Origin: an uncultured Lachnospiraceae bacterium | GTDB lineage: Bacteria > Bacillota > Clostridia > Lachnospirales > Lachnospiraceae | DNA: 64,000 nucleotides | Assembly (NCBI GenBank): GCA_902787715.1 | Contig: CADAHQ010000005.1 | Span: 2,576-66,575 of the forward strand | Direction of reading: 5' to 3' | In this document: in pieces, positions 10,596-21,267 of the stretch | How positions within the stretch are numbered: position 1 is the first letter of the stretch | How the letters are laid out: each line of letters starts with the position of its first letter | The notes under the pieces: generated by a model | Database searches by the model: none | What the model was told of the DNA's origin: nothing | What the model saw: only the letters and a program-made list of their open reading frames with translations | Translations under genes and position numbers: made by a program

Positions 10596-11714
10596 ATGCG
10601 TGAATTTGACCGAAAAATTATAACCGAGGACGGCGCGGAATACCTCGGCTACGGCTTCGGCGCCGACAGCGACGTTGTGTTGGAATTAGTGTTCAACACT
10701 TCCATGGTCGGCTACCAGGAGATCCTCTCCGATCCCTCCTACACCGATCAGGCGGTCGTTATGACCTACCCTCTCATCGGCAACTACGGCATGTGTGACG
10801 ACGACTATGAAACCGGTCGTCCCACCATCGGCGCGTTCCTTGTCCACGAATACAACGACGAGCCTTCCAACTTCCGAAGCACGGAGTCCCTCGGAAGCGT
10901 TATGAAGCGCTTCGGAATCCCCGGCGTAAGCGGCTTAGACACCAGAAAGCTGAATCGCTCCATCCGGGATTTAGGCTCCCGGAAAGTGCTGATTACCACC
11001 CCGGCGACAACGCTTGCGGACGGGCTTGCCGTAATCCGGAACACGGTCCTTCCGAAGGACGCGGTATCCCGGGTCAGCGGCCGCACCATCGAACTGTTCA
11101 CCCCGGATCCCGCCGTGACGAAAGACGGGGAGAAACCGCTGCACGTGGTTCTGATTGACTGCGGAATGAAGCGGAACATCCTCCGCTCGCTCCTTGCGCG
11201 CGGCTGTGAAGTCACCGTCGTACCGTGGGATACGGACGCCGCAACCATCCGACGCCTTGCACCGGACGGCGTGATGCTCAGTAACGGCCCCGGCGACCCC
11301 ACCGATGTTCCCGCAACCATCGCCACCGTCTCCGAGATGCACGGAACCCTTCCGATCTTCGGCATCTGCCTCGGACATCAGATTCTGTCGCTCTCCTACG
11401 GTGCGAAGACCTACAAGTTAAAATTCGGTCACCGCGGCGGTAACCATCCCGTGCAGGATCTCGCAACGGGCCGCATCGAAATCACCTCGCAGAACCACTC
11501 CTACGCGGTGGACGAGAACAGTCTGGCGGGAACGCCCCTTACGGTCACGCACAAAAACCTCCTCGATGGCACCGTGGAGGGTGTCGCCTGCGAAGCAGAC
11601 CGCGCCTTCAGCGTCCAGTATCATCCGGAGAGCTCTCCGGGGCCGCAGGACAGCGCGTATCTGTTCGACCGATTCCTTCGTTTGATGGAGGCGTACCATG
11701 CCGAAAAGAACTGA
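10596..11714 (+). CDS. carA: carbamoyl-phosphate synthase small (glutaminase) subunit
   Basis: ORF 10266..11714 overlaps purF. The in-frame ATG 10596 (GGAAAGG upstream) gives [22 protein letters not shown]...[13 protein letters not shown]...GICLGHQ...HRGGNHPV, 372 aa, a typical CarA length. Confidence 0.9.
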   Translation: MREFDRKIITEDGAEYLGYGFGADSDVVLELVFNTSMVGYQEILSDPSYTDQAVVMTYPLIGNYGMCDDDYETGRPTIGAFLVHEYNDEPSNFRSTESLGSVMKRFGIPGVSGLDTRKLNRSIRDLGSRKVLITTPATTLADGLAVIRNTVLPKDAVSRVSGRTIELFTPDPAVTKDGEKPLHVVLIDCGMKRNILRSLLARGCEVTVVPWDTDAATIRRLAPDGVMLSNGPGDPTDVPATIATVSEMHGTLPIFGICLGHQILSLSYGAKTYKLKFGHRGGNHPVQDLATGRIEITSQNHSYAVDENSLAGTPLTVTHKNLLDGTVEGVACEADRAFSVQYHPESSPGPQDSAYLFDRFLRLMEAYHAEKN

Positions 11715-14700
11715 TATCAAAAAAGTATTAATCATCGGCTCCGGCCCGATTGTCATCGGACAGGCCGCCGAATTTGACTACGCGGGAACTCAGGCCTGCC
11801 TCGCCCTGAAGGAAGAGGGCTACGAGGTCATCCTCTGCAACAGTAACCCTGCAACCATCATGACCGACACCGCCATCGCGGACAAGGTCTACATGGAACC
11901 TTTGACGCTTGAATTTATCGCAAAGATCATCCGCTACGAGCGCCCGGACGCTCTTTTGCCCGGCATCGGCGGTCAGACCGGTCTTAACCTTGCGATGCAA
12001 TTGCAGAAGAAAGGCGTCCTCGCGGAATGCCGCGTGGAGCTTCTCGGCACCGACACCTCGTCCATCGAGCGCGCGGAGGACCGCGAGCTGTTCAAGGAGC
12101 TCTGCGAGGAGCTCGGCGAGCCCGTGCTTCCCTCGGACATCGCCACCAACGAAACAGACGGTATCCGCATTGCTGCGGAAATCGGTTACCCCGTCGTGCT
12201 TCGCCCGGCATTTACCCTCGGCGGAACCGGCGGCGGCTTCGCGGACAATGAGGAAGAATTTGTCGCAATGCTCCGAAACGGTCTCTCCCTCTCCCCGGTG
12301 CACCAGGTGCTGATTGAAAAGAGCATCAAGGGCTTCAAGGAGATCGAGTACGAGGTCATCCGCGACAAAAACGACACGGCCATCACCGTCTGCAACATGG
12401 AAAACCTGGACCCCGTGGGCATCCACACCGGCGACTCCATCGTGGTTTGCCCGTCCCAGACTCTGACCAACAAGGAATACCATATGCTTCGTGACAGCGC
12501 GTTGAAGATCATCCGCGCTCTCAAGATTGAGGGCGGCTGCAACGTGCAGTTCGCGCTGGATCCGAAGTCGTTCCAATACTACTTAATCGAGGTCAATCCC
12601 CGTGTGTCGCGCTCGTCCGCTCTGGCGTCCAAAGCCAGCGGCTACCCCATCGCCCGCGTCTCCGCCAAGATCGGTATCGGCATGACGCTTGATGAGATTG
12701 CGCTTGCGAACACCCCGGCCTCCTTCGAGCCGGCTCTCGACTACGTCGTAACGAAGATGCCGCGCTTCCCCTTCGACAAATTCGCCGACGCCGACAACTC
12801 CCTCTCTACCCAGATGAAGGCCACCGGCGAGACCATGAGCGTCGGGCGCACCTTTGAGGAGAGTCTCTTAAAGGGCATCCGCTCCTTGGAAACCGGCGTT
12901 TACCATCTGCACATGGCCAAGTTCGACGAGATGCCTGCGGATCAGCTTCTTTCTTACATCCGCATCGGCACCGACGACCGCATCTACGCCATCGCTGCTC
13001 TGTTACGGCTCGGCACCGGTATCGACGAGATTGCCGAAGCCACCGCCATCGACCGCTTCTTCCTTCGGAAGCTTCGCAATATCGTATCCATGGAGCGCGA
13101 GCTTGCTTCCGCCAAGGGCGATCTGCAGGTGCTTCGCGAGGCGAAGAGAATGGGCTTCTCCGACCGCGCCGTGGGCGATTTCTGGGGTATGAAGGAGCGT
13201 GAGGTTGCTGACCTTCGCACCCGGGAGGGCATCCGCCCCGTGTACAAGATGATCGACACCTGTGCATCGGAATTTGCCAGCTATGTGCCTTACTTCTACT
13301 CGACCTACGAGACGGAAAATGAATCCCTCGTCTCCGACCGCAGAAAGATCATCGTTCTCGGCTCCGGCCCGATTCGTATCGGCCAGGGCGTCGAGTTTGA
13401 CTACTCCACCGTGCACGCCGTAAAGACCATCCGCGCTGCCGGCTACGAGGCAATTATCATAAACAACAACCCGGAGACCGTGTCCACGGACTACACCTGC
13501 TCCGACAAGCTGTATTTTGAGCCCCTCTGCACCGAGGATGTCATGAACATCATCGATTTGGAAAAGCCCGAGGGCGTAATTGCCACCCTGGGCGGGCAGA
13601 CCGCCATCAACCTTGCGGACTCCCTTGCAGCGCGGGGCGTAAAGATTATCGGCACGGACTGTGCCGCCATCGACCGCGCGGAGGACCGTGACCAGTTCGA
13701 GCACCTGCTGCTTACGCTTGGCATCCCGCAGCCGAAGGGGCAGGCCGTAACCAGCATCGAAGAGGGTGTCGCCGCTGCCGCGGCGATCGGTTATCCCGTT
13801 TTGGTTCGCCCCAGCTTCGTCTTAGGCGGCCGCGCGATGCAGATCGTCTCCAAGGAATCCGCGCTTCGCGAATACCTTCACACCGCCGTGGAGATTGCCC
13901 CTGACAAGCCTGTCCTTGTGGACCGCTATATCCGCGGTAAGGAAGTCGAGGTGGACGCCGTCTGCGACGGAAAGAAAGTATTTGTCCCGGGCATCATGGA
14001 GCTTGTGGAGCGCACCGGTGTTCACTCCGGAGACTCCATCAGCGTCTATCCGCCCTACAGCCTCTCCGAGTCCGTGAAGAAAACCATTCTCCACTATACG
14101 GAAATGCTCGGTTTGGGCATCGGCATCGTAGGCCTGTTCAACATCCAGTTCATCGTGGACAAGAACGAAAAAGTATATATCATCGAGGTTAACCCCCGCT
14201 CTTCGAGAACGGTTCCCTTCCTCTCGAAGGCCACGGGCTACAGCCTTGCGGACATCGGAACCCGCGCCATCCTCGGGCACTCCTTAGAGGAGCAGGGCAT
14301 CAACTTCCTGTATCCGCCGGAAAAGAAGCGCTTCTACGTCAAAGTGCCGTCCTTCTCCTTCTCGAAGCTTCGCGGCATGGACGCCTACCTCTCCCCGGAG
14401 ATGAAATCCACCGGCGAGGCCATCGGCTACGACGAGAAACTGCATCGCGCGGCTTACAAGGCATTGATTGCCTCCGGACTCACCTTGAAGAACTACGGTA
14501 CGGTCTTAGTCAGCGTCGCCGACGAGGACAAGGACGAGGTGGTTCCTCTGATTCGCCGCTTCTACGAGATGGGCTTCAACATCGAAGCAACGTCCTTGAC
14601 CGGCGAAGTGCTCCGCGAGAACGGAATCCGCACCAGAATCCGCAGAAAGCCCAGTGAAAACAGCGAGGAAGTCCTCGACTCCATCCGCGCCGGATACGTC

Positions 14701-14871
14701 AGCTACATCATCAACACCCGGGCGATTCTCTCCGGTGTTCATTACGGCGACGGTGTTGCCATCCGCCGCTGCGCAGCTGCCCACGGCACCGCAATGTTAA
14801 CTTCCCTCGACACCGTCCGCATGCTACTGGACGTCCTCGAGGAAATGACGCTGCGGATCTCCACAATTTAG
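11698..14871 (+). CDS. carB: carbamoyl-phosphate synthase large subunit
   Basis: 1057 aa. [33 protein letters not shown] and duplicated ATP-grasp halves. The start overlaps the carA end by 17 nt (translational coupling). Confidence 0.95.
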   Translation: MPKRTDIKKVLIIGSGPIVIGQAAEFDYAGTQACLALKEEGYEVILCNSNPATIMTDTAIADKVYMEPLTLEFIAKIIRYERPDALLPGIGGQTGLNLAMQLQKKGVLAECRVELLGTDTSSIERAEDRELFKELCEELGEPVLPSDIATNETDGIRIAAEIGYPVVLRPAFTLGGTGGGFADNEEEFVAMLRNGLSLSPVHQVLIEKSIKGFKEIEYEVIRDKNDTAITVCNMENLDPVGIHTGDSIVVCPSQTLTNKEYHMLRDSALKIIRALKIEGGCNVQFALDPKSFQYYLIEVNPRVSRSSALASKASGYPIARVSAKIGIGMTLDEIALANTPASFEPALDYVVTKMPRFPFDKFADADNSLSTQMKATGETMSVGRTFEESLLKGIRSLETGVYHLHMAKFDEMPADQLLSYIRIGTDDRIYAIAALLRLGTGIDEIAEATAIDRFFLRKLRNIVSMERELASAKGDLQVLREAKRMGFSDRAVGDFWGMKEREVADLRTREGIRPVYKMIDTCASEFASYVPYFYSTYETENESLVSDRRKIIVLGSGPIRIGQGVEFDYSTVHAVKTIRAAGYEAIIINNNPETVSTDYTCSDKLYFEPLCTEDVMNIIDLEKPEGVIATLGGQTAINLADSLAARGVKIIGTDCAAIDRAEDRDQFEHLLLTLGIPQPKGQAVTSIEEGVAAAAAIGYPVLVRPSFVLGGRAMQIVSKESALREYLHTAVEIAPDKPVLVDRYIRGKEVEVDAVCDGKKVFVPGIMELVERTGVHSGDSISVYPPYSLSESVKKTILHYTEMLGLGIGIVGLFNIQFIVDKNEKVYIIEVNPRSSRTVPFLSKATGYSLADIGTRAILGHSLEEQGINFLYPPEKKRFYVKVPSFSFSKLRGMDAYLSPEMKSTGEAIGYDEKLHRAAYKALIASGLTLKNYGTVLVSVADEDKDEVVPLIRRFYEMGFNIEATSLTGEVLRENGIRTRIRRKPSENSEEVLDSIRAGYVSYIINTRAILSGVHYGDGVAIRRCAAAHGTAMLTSLDTVRMLLDVLEEMTLRISTI

Positions 14872-14909
14872 ACTTGCGAAAGTTAAGATAACCGAAAGGA
14901 CCACGCACC

Positions 14910-16100
14910 ATGATTACCCCGAACATGAACTACGGCAATCTGAAAGATTCCTACCTCTTCTACAACATCTCGCAGAAAGTAAAGGCTTACCAGAACGCGC
15001 ATCCCGGCGAACATCTCTACCGCATGGGAATCGGCGACGTTTCGCTTCCGCTGTGCGACGTCGTTATCAAAGCGCTTCACGAAGCTGTCGACGATCAGTC
15101 CGACGCCTCCCGCTTCCACGGCTATATGCCGGAGTGCGGCGCTCCCTTCCTGCGCGAGGCCATTGCCGCACATTACAATGCCCGCGGCGTAAATCTAACG
15201 CCGGAGGACGTCTTCGTCTCCAGCGGCGCCAGCGACGAGCTCGGGGATATCTTAGATCTCTTCGACCGCGGCGGAAGCTCGCTGATCATCGAGCCCGCAT
15301 ACCCCGCATATGTCGATGCCAACATCATCGCCGGACGCAAGATCATTCACCTTCCCTCCGGTCGCGATAACGGCTTCCTGCCGGAGCCGGACAACTCCGC
15401 TGTGGCAGACCTCATTTACCTCTGCTCGCCGAACAACCCGACGGGCGCCGTATTTGACAGGGAGAAACTCACGAAGTGGGTGAATTTTGCGAACGAGCAC
15501 GGTTCGATTATCCTCTTCGATGCCGCATACGAGGCGTTCATCGAGGACCCCACACTTCCGCGGAGCATCTTTGAGATTCCCGGCGCACGGACCTGCGCTA
15601 TCGAGATCTGCTCGCTCTCGAAGACCGCCGGTTTCACCGGTACAAGACTTGGTTACACCGTCATTCCGCGGGAGCTTGAGCGCAACGGAATGAACTTAAA
15701 CGACATGTGGATTCGCAACCGCACCACCAAGACCAACGGCGTCTCCTACATCATCCAAAAGGGCGGCGCGGCCGTCTTCACGGAGGAAGGACAGCGCCAG
15801 ATTCAGGAGAACCTGCGGGTGTACAAAAACAACGCCGCAGTGGTCACCAAAGCGCTGGATAAGGCCGGAATATGGTATTGCGGCGGCAAGAACTCGCCCT
15901 ACATCTGGTTGCAGTGCCCGGACGGAATCGACAGCTGGTCGTTCTTCGACATGCTCCTCAACAAAATCCAGGTAATCGGAACTCCCGGTGCCGGCTTCGG
16001 TGCCTGCGGCGAAGGCTACTTCCGCTTCTCCATGTTCGGAAGTCCCTCGGATACCGCGGAGGCGGCAAAACGTCTTGAGTCCCTGCTTTGCAAACGCTGA
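14910..16100 (+). CDS. dapL: LL-diaminopimelate aminotransferase-like class I aminotransferase
   Basis: 396 aa. The N-terminal pattern N.NYGNLKDSYLFYNISQKV...RMGIGDV..PL and the SLSKTAGFTGTRLGY PLP-lysine region fit the DapL family as I recall it. Confidence 0.7.
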   Translation: MITPNMNYGNLKDSYLFYNISQKVKAYQNAHPGEHLYRMGIGDVSLPLCDVVIKALHEAVDDQSDASRFHGYMPECGAPFLREAIAAHYNARGVNLTPEDVFVSSGASDELGDILDLFDRGGSSLIIEPAYPAYVDANIIAGRKIIHLPSGRDNGFLPEPDNSAVADLIYLCSPNNPTGAVFDREKLTKWVNFANEHGSIILFDAAYEAFIEDPTLPRSIFEIPGARTCAIEICSLSKTAGFTGTRLGYTVIPRELERNGMNLNDMWIRNRTTKTNGVSYIIQKGGAAVFTEEGQRQIQENLRVYKNNAAVVTKALDKAGIWYCGGKNSPYIWLQCPDGIDSWSFFDMLLNKIQVIGTPGAGFGACGEGYFRFSMFGSPSDTAEAAKRLESLLCKR

Positions 16101-16148
16101 CCCGGTGCTTGCCCAAACAACACCCTTATCGGGGCAACACACAAAATA

Positions 16149-16186
16149 GCTGCCGTATTGCCTTTCGCAGTACGGCAGCGTTTCTG
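16149..16186 (+). terminator. candidate terminator after the dapL-like gene
   Basis: GCTGCCGTA (16149-16157) / TACGGCAGC (16171-16179), 13-nt loop, followed by GTTTCTGT. The U-tract is modest. Confidence 0.4.
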
Positions 16187-16219
16187 TACTTCCCACGGCA
16201 AATGCATCCACGTTTTTTC

Positions 16220-16248
16220 TTTACGTACGATAAAAAAGGTGCTATAAT
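16220..16248 (+). promoter_or_regulatory. promoter of the zinc-uptake operon (extended -10)
   Basis: TGCTATAAT (16240-16248) is a textbook TGnTATAAT. A weak -35, TTTACG, lies 17 nt upstream. Confidence 0.5.
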
Positions 16249-16285
16249 CACGATTGCCGAGAAACGGGCGGAGGCAATTACGGCA

Positions 16286-16594
16286 ATGAGAAAGATTCCG
16301 GACAACAGCAGAAAGCGTACTGCAGCGGGCATCATCGGATTGTTGATGCTTGTTGTTTTGATGCTCTCTTCGCTCTATATTGCTGCGGAATCCCACCATG
16401 ACTGTTGTGGTGACGACTGCCCGATCTGCGAAACCCTGCTGCAGTGCGAGAACACTTTGCAGCAGCTCGGCGAAAGCGCATGTGCTGCGGCATTCATTGC
16501 GATTGCCGTTCTCACGGTTCTTCTTGCTGCTCCGGCAGCATCTGTAATTCTCTCGGAAACCCTCGTTTCCAGAAAAGTCCGATTGAATAATTGA
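16286..16594 (+). CDS. small Cys-rich two-TM membrane protein, function unknown
   Basis: In-frame ATG 16286 within ORF 16088..16594 (GGAGG 12 nt upstream). 102 aa: a TM helix, then HHDCCGDDCPICETLLQCE, then a second hydrophobic helix. First gene after the promoter, directly upstream of znuA. Confidence 0.55.
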   Translation: MRKIPDNSRKRTAAGIIGLLMLVVLMLSSLYIAAESHHDCCGDDCPICETLLQCENTLQQLGESACAAAFIAIAVLTVLLAAPAASVILSETLVSRKVRLNN

Positions 16595-16680
16595 AACCTC
16601 CCCGTAGGGGCGTAGTGTACCCTTTCGTCGGGTGCACACGGCCTTCTTTTTGTGTTACAAAAAACTACGGAGGTTCTATC

Positions 16681-17739
16681 ATGAAAAAAATACTTTCTTT
16701 GCTTCTCGCCGCTTTGCTTACGGTGGGAAGTCTCACTGCCTGCAACGGCAGTTCTCCTGCCGATGACGGCAAACTTCGAATTGTTACCACCATCTTTCCC
16801 GAATATGACTGGGTGATGAATATTCTGGGCGACAACCCGGCGGGCGCCGAGGTAACCATGTTGCTGGATACCGGCGTTGATTTGCACAGCTTTCAGCCCA
16901 CCGCAGACGACATCCTGAAGATTTCCACGGCGGACATGTTTATCTACGTCGGCGGCGAATCCGACGAATGGGTTGAGAAGGCCCTCGCTCAGGCGAAGAA
17001 CAAAAACCTCGTTGCCATCAATCTTTTAGAGGTTCTCGGCGACGCCGTGAAGGAAGAGGAGGTTGTGGAAGGAATGCAGGCGGACCACGACCACGAGCAC
17101 GGGGATGATGACCACGATCATGAAGACGGTGATGACCATGATCATGAAGACGCGGACCACGAGGACGAGGATCACGACCATGACCACGAGGACGGCGAGA
17201 AGGAATATGACGAGCACGTATGGCTCTCCCTGCGAAACGCAAGCGCCCTGGTAAAGCACATTGCGGAGTCCCTTAAGAAGATTGATTCGTCTCATGCTGA
17301 CGTTTATACGGCCAATGCATCCGCCTATACAGACAAGCTGAAAGCCCTCGACGCGGAATACCAAAAAGCGGTGGACGGCTCCACTGTTCGCACTCTTCTC
17401 TTCGGCGACCGCTTCCCCTTCCGGTACCTGACGGAGGATTACGGGCTGAGCTATTATGCTGCATTTGTCGGCTGCTCCGCGGAGAGCGAGGCAAGCTTTG
17501 AGACGATTACGTTCCTCTCGAAGAAGGTGGATGAGCTCGGCCTTCCGGTAGTGCTCACCATCGAGGGAACGAACCACAAGATTGCGGAAACCGTTGTCCG
17601 GAGCACGCAGAACGGGGACCAGATGATTCTTGCGCTGGATTCCATGCAGTCGGTGACCGCTAAGGATGTGAAAGACGGTGCGAATTATCTCGCCATCATG
17701 GAAAAGAACCTGGAGGTTTTGAAAGAAGCCCTGAAATAG
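16681..17739 (+). CDS. znuA: zinc/metal ABC transporter substrate-binding lipoprotein (ZnuA/AdcA cluster 9) with a long His/Asp/Glu loop
   Basis: ATG 16681 (GGAGG 16669-16673). Signal peptide with lipobox LTAC. ~45-aa loop DHDHEHGDDDHDHEDGDDHDHEDADHEDEDHDHDHED typical of Zn-specific SBPs, followed by HVWLS. Confidence 0.9.
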   Translation: MKKILSLLLAALLTVGSLTACNGSSPADDGKLRIVTTIFPEYDWVMNILGDNPAGAEVTMLLDTGVDLHSFQPTADDILKISTADMFIYVGGESDEWVEKALAQAKNKNLVAINLLEVLGDAVKEEEVVEGMQADHDHEHGDDDHDHEDGDDHDHEDADHEDEDHDHDHEDGEKEYDEHVWLSLRNASALVKHIAESLKKIDSSHADVYTANASAYTDKLKALDAEYQKAVDGSTVRTLLFGDRFPFRYLTEDYGLSYYAAFVGCSAESEASFETITFLSKKVDELGLPVVLTIEGTNHKIAETVVRSTQNGDQMILALDSMQSVTAKDVKDGANYLAIMEKNLEVLKEALK

Positions 17740-17749
17740 GAGGTTGACT

Positions 17750-18463
17750 ATGGCTCTGCTCACTGTTACCGATCTCTCGCTCGGCTACGAGGGTCGGACC
17801 ATCGCGAAGGATCTGTGTTTCTCGGTCAATCCGGGGGACTATCTCTGCATCGTCGGAGAAAACGGCTCCGGAAAGACCACTCTCATGCGGACCCTTTTAC
17901 ATCTGCAGGCCCCTATAAGCGGGGAGATTTCGGTGGGTGACGGCCTAAAGAAAAACGAGATCGGCTATTTGCCGCAGCAGACCTTCATTCAGAAGGATTT
18001 CCCGGCATCCGTGAGGGAGATTGTTCTCTCCGGATGTCAGGGGCGCTGCGGTCTACGGCCGTTTTACGGAAAGAAGGACAAAGAAGCGGCAACTAAAGCC
18101 CTGGAGCGCATGGGTATCTCAAACCTTGCGGATCGCTGCTACCGGGAGCTCTCCGGCGGGCAGCAGCAGCGCGTGCTTTTGGCGCGGGCCCTGTGCGCAT
18201 CCGGGAAGCTTCTTCTCCTGGACGAGCCGGTGACGGGACTGGATCCGAAGGCAACGGCGGACATGTACGGTCTGATTGAGGAACTGAACCGCGACGGGCT
18301 TACAATCATCATGATCAGCCATGACATCGCCGCGGCCATACGGTATGCAAGCCATATCCTTCATATCGGAACCAGGGTCTTCTTCGGAACCAAGGAGGAA
18401 TACCTCGTAAGCGACACCGGGCGGTATTTTGCGGGGCAGGAAGGCGGTGAGTGCGATGCTTGA
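17750..18463 (+). CDS. znuC: zinc ABC transporter ATP-binding protein
   Basis: ATG 17750, 6 nt after AGGAGG (17738-17743). Walker A GENGSGKTT, signature LSGGQQQR, Walker B LLLLDEP. Confidence 0.9.
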   Translation: MALLTVTDLSLGYEGRTIAKDLCFSVNPGDYLCIVGENGSGKTTLMRTLLHLQAPISGEISVGDGLKKNEIGYLPQQTFIQKDFPASVREIVLSGCQGRCGLRPFYGKKDKEAATKALERMGISNLADRCYRELSGGQQQRVLLARALCASGKLLLLDEPVTGLDPKATADMYGLIEELNRDGLTIIMISHDIAAAIRYASHILHIGTRVFFGTKEEYLVSDTGRYFAGQEGGECDA

Positions 18464-19301
18464 TAAGTTGATGCAATATCTGCAGTTTCCGTTTGTGCAG
18501 TACGCTCTCATTGTCGGCGTTTTAATCGCGCTGTGCTCTTCCCTTCTGGGTGTCACGCTGGTTTTGAAGCGCTTCAGTTTCATCGGGGACGGCCTGTCCC
18601 ACGTGGCCTTCGGCGCCATGGCGATTGCCGCCGTGCTGAACCTCACCAACAACATGCTCTTAGTTCTGCCGATTACCATGGTGAGTGCCGTTTTACTGCT
18701 TCGGACCGGCCAGCACACAAAGATCAAAGGGGATGCCGCGGTCGCCATGATTTCCGTGGCGGCGCTGTCCTACGGCTACCTCATCATGAACATTTTCCCC
18801 TCGTCGTCCAACATCTCGGGGGACGTGTGCTCGACGCTGTTCGGCTCCACCTCAATCCTCACGCTGCAGCAGCGGGACGTGTGGCTCTGTGTGGCGTTGT
18901 CGGTGCTTGTGATTGTATGTTTTGTCCTTTTGTACAACAAGATTTTCGCCGTGACCTTCGATGAGGATTTTGCGAGGGCAACCGGCACCAATGCGGGGGC
19001 ATACAACCTGCTTCTCGCAATCATCATCGCCGTAATCATCGTTTTGGCGATGAACCTTGTGGGTTCGCTTTTAATCTCGGCTCTGGTTATCTTCCCGGCC
19101 CTTTCGGCCATGCGGGTATTCCGCACCTTTAAAAGCGTCACAATCTGCGCCGCCGTCCTTTCGGTGGTCTGCGCACTTCTGGGAATTCTGATTTCCATTC
19201 TGGCCGGCACGCCGGTGGGCTCCACCATCGTCGGCGCTGACACGGTGGCATTTGCCGTATGTTATGTACTTGGTTTTGTTTTGGGAGGTATGAAAAAATG
19301 A
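18456..19301 (+). CDS. znuB: zinc ABC transporter permease
   Basis: ATG 18456 (MLDKLMQYLQFPFVQYAL...) overlaps the znuC stop. Polytopic ABC-3 type permease. Confidence 0.88.
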   Translation: MLDKLMQYLQFPFVQYALIVGVLIALCSSLLGVTLVLKRFSFIGDGLSHVAFGAMAIAAVLNLTNNMLLVLPITMVSAVLLLRTGQHTKIKGDAAVAMISVAALSYGYLIMNIFPSSSNISGDVCSTLFGSTSILTLQQRDVWLCVALSVLVIVCFVLLYNKIFAVTFDEDFARATGTNAGAYNLLLAIIIAVIIVLAMNLVGSLLISALVIFPALSAMRVFRTFKSVTICAAVLSVVCALLGILISILAGTPVGSTIVGADTVAFAVCYVLGFVLGGMKK

Positions 19302-19891
19302 AAAAAAGAGTTGTCTGCAGTTTGCTTCTTCTGAGTCTGCTGACCGCCATTCTGAGCGGATGCGGCGCAAACAAGAATCAGGTTCCGACGAGGTCCCACG
19401 GAAACAAGACCCAGACCGTTTCGGATGTGATGCAGCAGGGCACGGGCGCAACGGCTACCCCGACGACAGCGGCACCTACGGACGTCGTTGCCCCGGAAGG
19501 AACACCCACTCCCGTTGCCACGGTGACCTCAACTCCGGTGGATCCCGGCAAAGTCGACATCGACCTGACGACACTCTCAAGCACTCTGGTGTACACCGAG
19601 GTTTACAACATGGTGGTCTCTCCGGAGAATTACCTCGGGAAGATTGTTAAGATGAACGGCCCCTTCGCCCACTACCATGACGACGTCACCGGCGCCGACT
19701 ATTTCGCCTGCATCATCGCGGATGCGACCGCGTGCTGCCAGCAGGGAATCGAGTTCGTTCTGGCGGGAAGCCACACCTTCCCGAACGACTATCCCGAGAT
19801 CGGCACGGACATCTGCGTCGTCGGCGAATTCGACACCTACGAAGAGGACGGCTACATGTACTGCACTCTGCGAAATGCTATCCTGCAATAG
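19298..19891 (+). CDS. lipoprotein with a Cys-rich C-terminal domain, function unknown
   Basis: ATG 19298 overlaps the znuB stop (ATGA), with GGGAGG 9 nt upstream. MKKRVVCSLLLLSLLTAILSGC lipobox, a Thr/Pro/Ala linker, then a ~110-aa domain carrying ADATACCQQGIEF and further Cys/His residues. Confidence 0.7.
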   Translation: MKKRVVCSLLLLSLLTAILSGCGANKNQVPTRSHGNKTQTVSDVMQQGTGATATPTTAAPTDVVAPEGTPTPVATVTSTPVDPGKVDIDLTTLSSTLVYTEVYNMVVSPENYLGKIVKMNGPFAHYHDDVTGADYFACIIADATACCQQGIEFVLAGSHTFPNDYPEIGTDICVVGEFDTYEEDGYMYCTLRNAILQ

Positions 19892-20348
19892 ACTTTCGGT
19901 AATCCCGCAGGAGCCTGCGGAAGTAGATTCTCGCCGCAATCTGCGGCAGCAGAAACAAAACGATCAGGGCTGCAAACCCGATGCCGATGAACGCATATCC
20001 CAGGGCAACCTCCGGATACTTGCAGACAGCTTCCCACTCGCGATGCAAAATCCATGCGTAAAGCGCTGCAAAGCTACCGACAACAAACAGCGTAAACAGC
20101 GCGGAGAGAACCGTGTACTTCATGCGGTATCGCCCGTTCTTCCGCTTGACAAAGTGGTATTGGAATTCATGTGTCACGCCGAATCTTGCCACTCCGATCA
20201 CGCTGATGATACAATCCTCCGGCAACCTTCCCTTCGCGGGATTTTTCAGGTACGGAGGATTTTTTCTGTAGATCCCGAACCAATAGACGGCCAATACCGC
20301 CCCGATACAAAGCAGCATTCCGCCGCACCCTAAAAGCATCTCTCTCAC
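19878..20348 (-). CDS. hypothetical membrane protein
   Basis: GTG 20348 overlaps the stop of the upstream radical-SAM gene (GTGA), with GGAGG 9 nt upstream. Four predicted hydrophobic helices. The 3' end overlaps the convergent lipoprotein gene by 14 nt. Confidence 0.55.
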   Translation of the reverse strand: MREMLLGCGGMLLCIGAVLAVYWFGIYRKNPPYLKNPAKGRLPEDCIISVIGVARFGVTHEFQYHFVKRKNGRYRMKYTVLSALFTLFVVGSFAALYAWILHREWEAVCKYPEVALGYAFIGIGFAALIVLFLLPQIAARIYFRRLLRDYRKSIAG

Positions 20349-21232
20349 TCTGTCAAACCTCCGAACATACTGAGCTGTTCATACTTCTCCGGAAGGTCGT
20401 TAAGATAAGCAAAACAGTCCTCCGGCTTATACAGCATCCCGTGTTCCTTACAAAAGTCCCGGAACAGTTTTCGAAGAGGCGCGGCGTTCGGGCTCGGAAG
20501 CTCGTACGCCTTGCCGTAGGTCTCGATATATCGTTTCTTTAACCCCGGAAAATGCCGGTCAAGCGCCGCGTAGTAATACTCCCGGTCGCCGTCCCGAAGG
20601 GTAAGTCCCATATCAAAGCAGATGATTCCCTTAACCCCAACGCGGGCGCACTCCGAAAGAATCGCGGAGACATTTTCCGCGGTGTCGTTAATGAATGGCA
20701 AAATCGGCGTAAGCCACACCATGGTGGGAATCCCGCGCTCCTTCATGGCCGCAAGAACCTCGATGCGGCGCTTCGTGTTGCAGACGTTCGGCTCCACAAT
20801 CTTACAAAGGTCATCGTCGAAGGTTGTGAGTGTCATCTGCACAACGCATTTGGCTTCCTCGTTGATCTCCGAAAGAAGGTCGATGTCCCGGAGGATCCGG
20901 TCGGATTTCGTGATCAGCGTTACACCGAAGCGGTACTTTTTGATGACCTCAAGGCACCTTCTGGTGAGTCCCAGCTGCTCCTCGCAGTGCATGTACGGGT
21001 CCGACATGGAGCCGGTGCCGATCATGCAGCGCTTCCGCTTGGAGCGGAGGGCTTTCTCCAGAAGCTCCGGCGCATTCTGCTTCACCTCGATGTCCTCAAA
21101 GGGATGCGTGAACTGATAGCAGAGGCTCCGGCTGTCGCAGTAGATGCAGCCGTGGGAACACCCGCGATAGATGTTCATCCCGAAGCTTCCGCCGCTTCCC
21201 GAAAGGATTCCTTTTGCGTCCACAAAATGCAT
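20345..21232 (-). CDS. radical SAM protein, SPL / DNA-photolyase-related family (COG1533-like)
   Basis: CSHGCIYC (CxxxCxxC) near the N-terminus. 295 aa. Good RBS (GGGGAGG). Confidence 0.8.
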   Translation of the reverse strand: MHFVDAKGILSGSGGSFGMNIYRGCSHGCIYCDSRSLCYQFTHPFEDIEVKQNAPELLEKALRSKRKRCMIGTGSMSDPYMHCEEQLGLTRRCLEVIKKYRFGVTLITKSDRILRDIDLLSEINEEAKCVVQMTLTTFDDDLCKIVEPNVCNTKRRIEVLAAMKERGIPTMVWLTPILPFINDTAENVSAILSECARVGVKGIICFDMGLTLRDGDREYYYAALDRHFPGLKKRYIETYGKAYELPSPNAAPLRKLFRDFCKEHGMLYKPEDCFAYLNDLPEKYEQLSMFGGLTE

Positions 21233-21267
21233 GGCTTCCTCCCCGATTTCCGCGCATTTCCGAAGTC

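Noticed and set aside
16221-16233. Zur box over the -35 of the zinc operon promoter (TTACGTACGATAA).
   Set aside because: It is only a short imperfect palindrome around CGTACG. It does not match the TCGTAAT-N-ATTACGA type Zur consensus I know. It is left as unproven.
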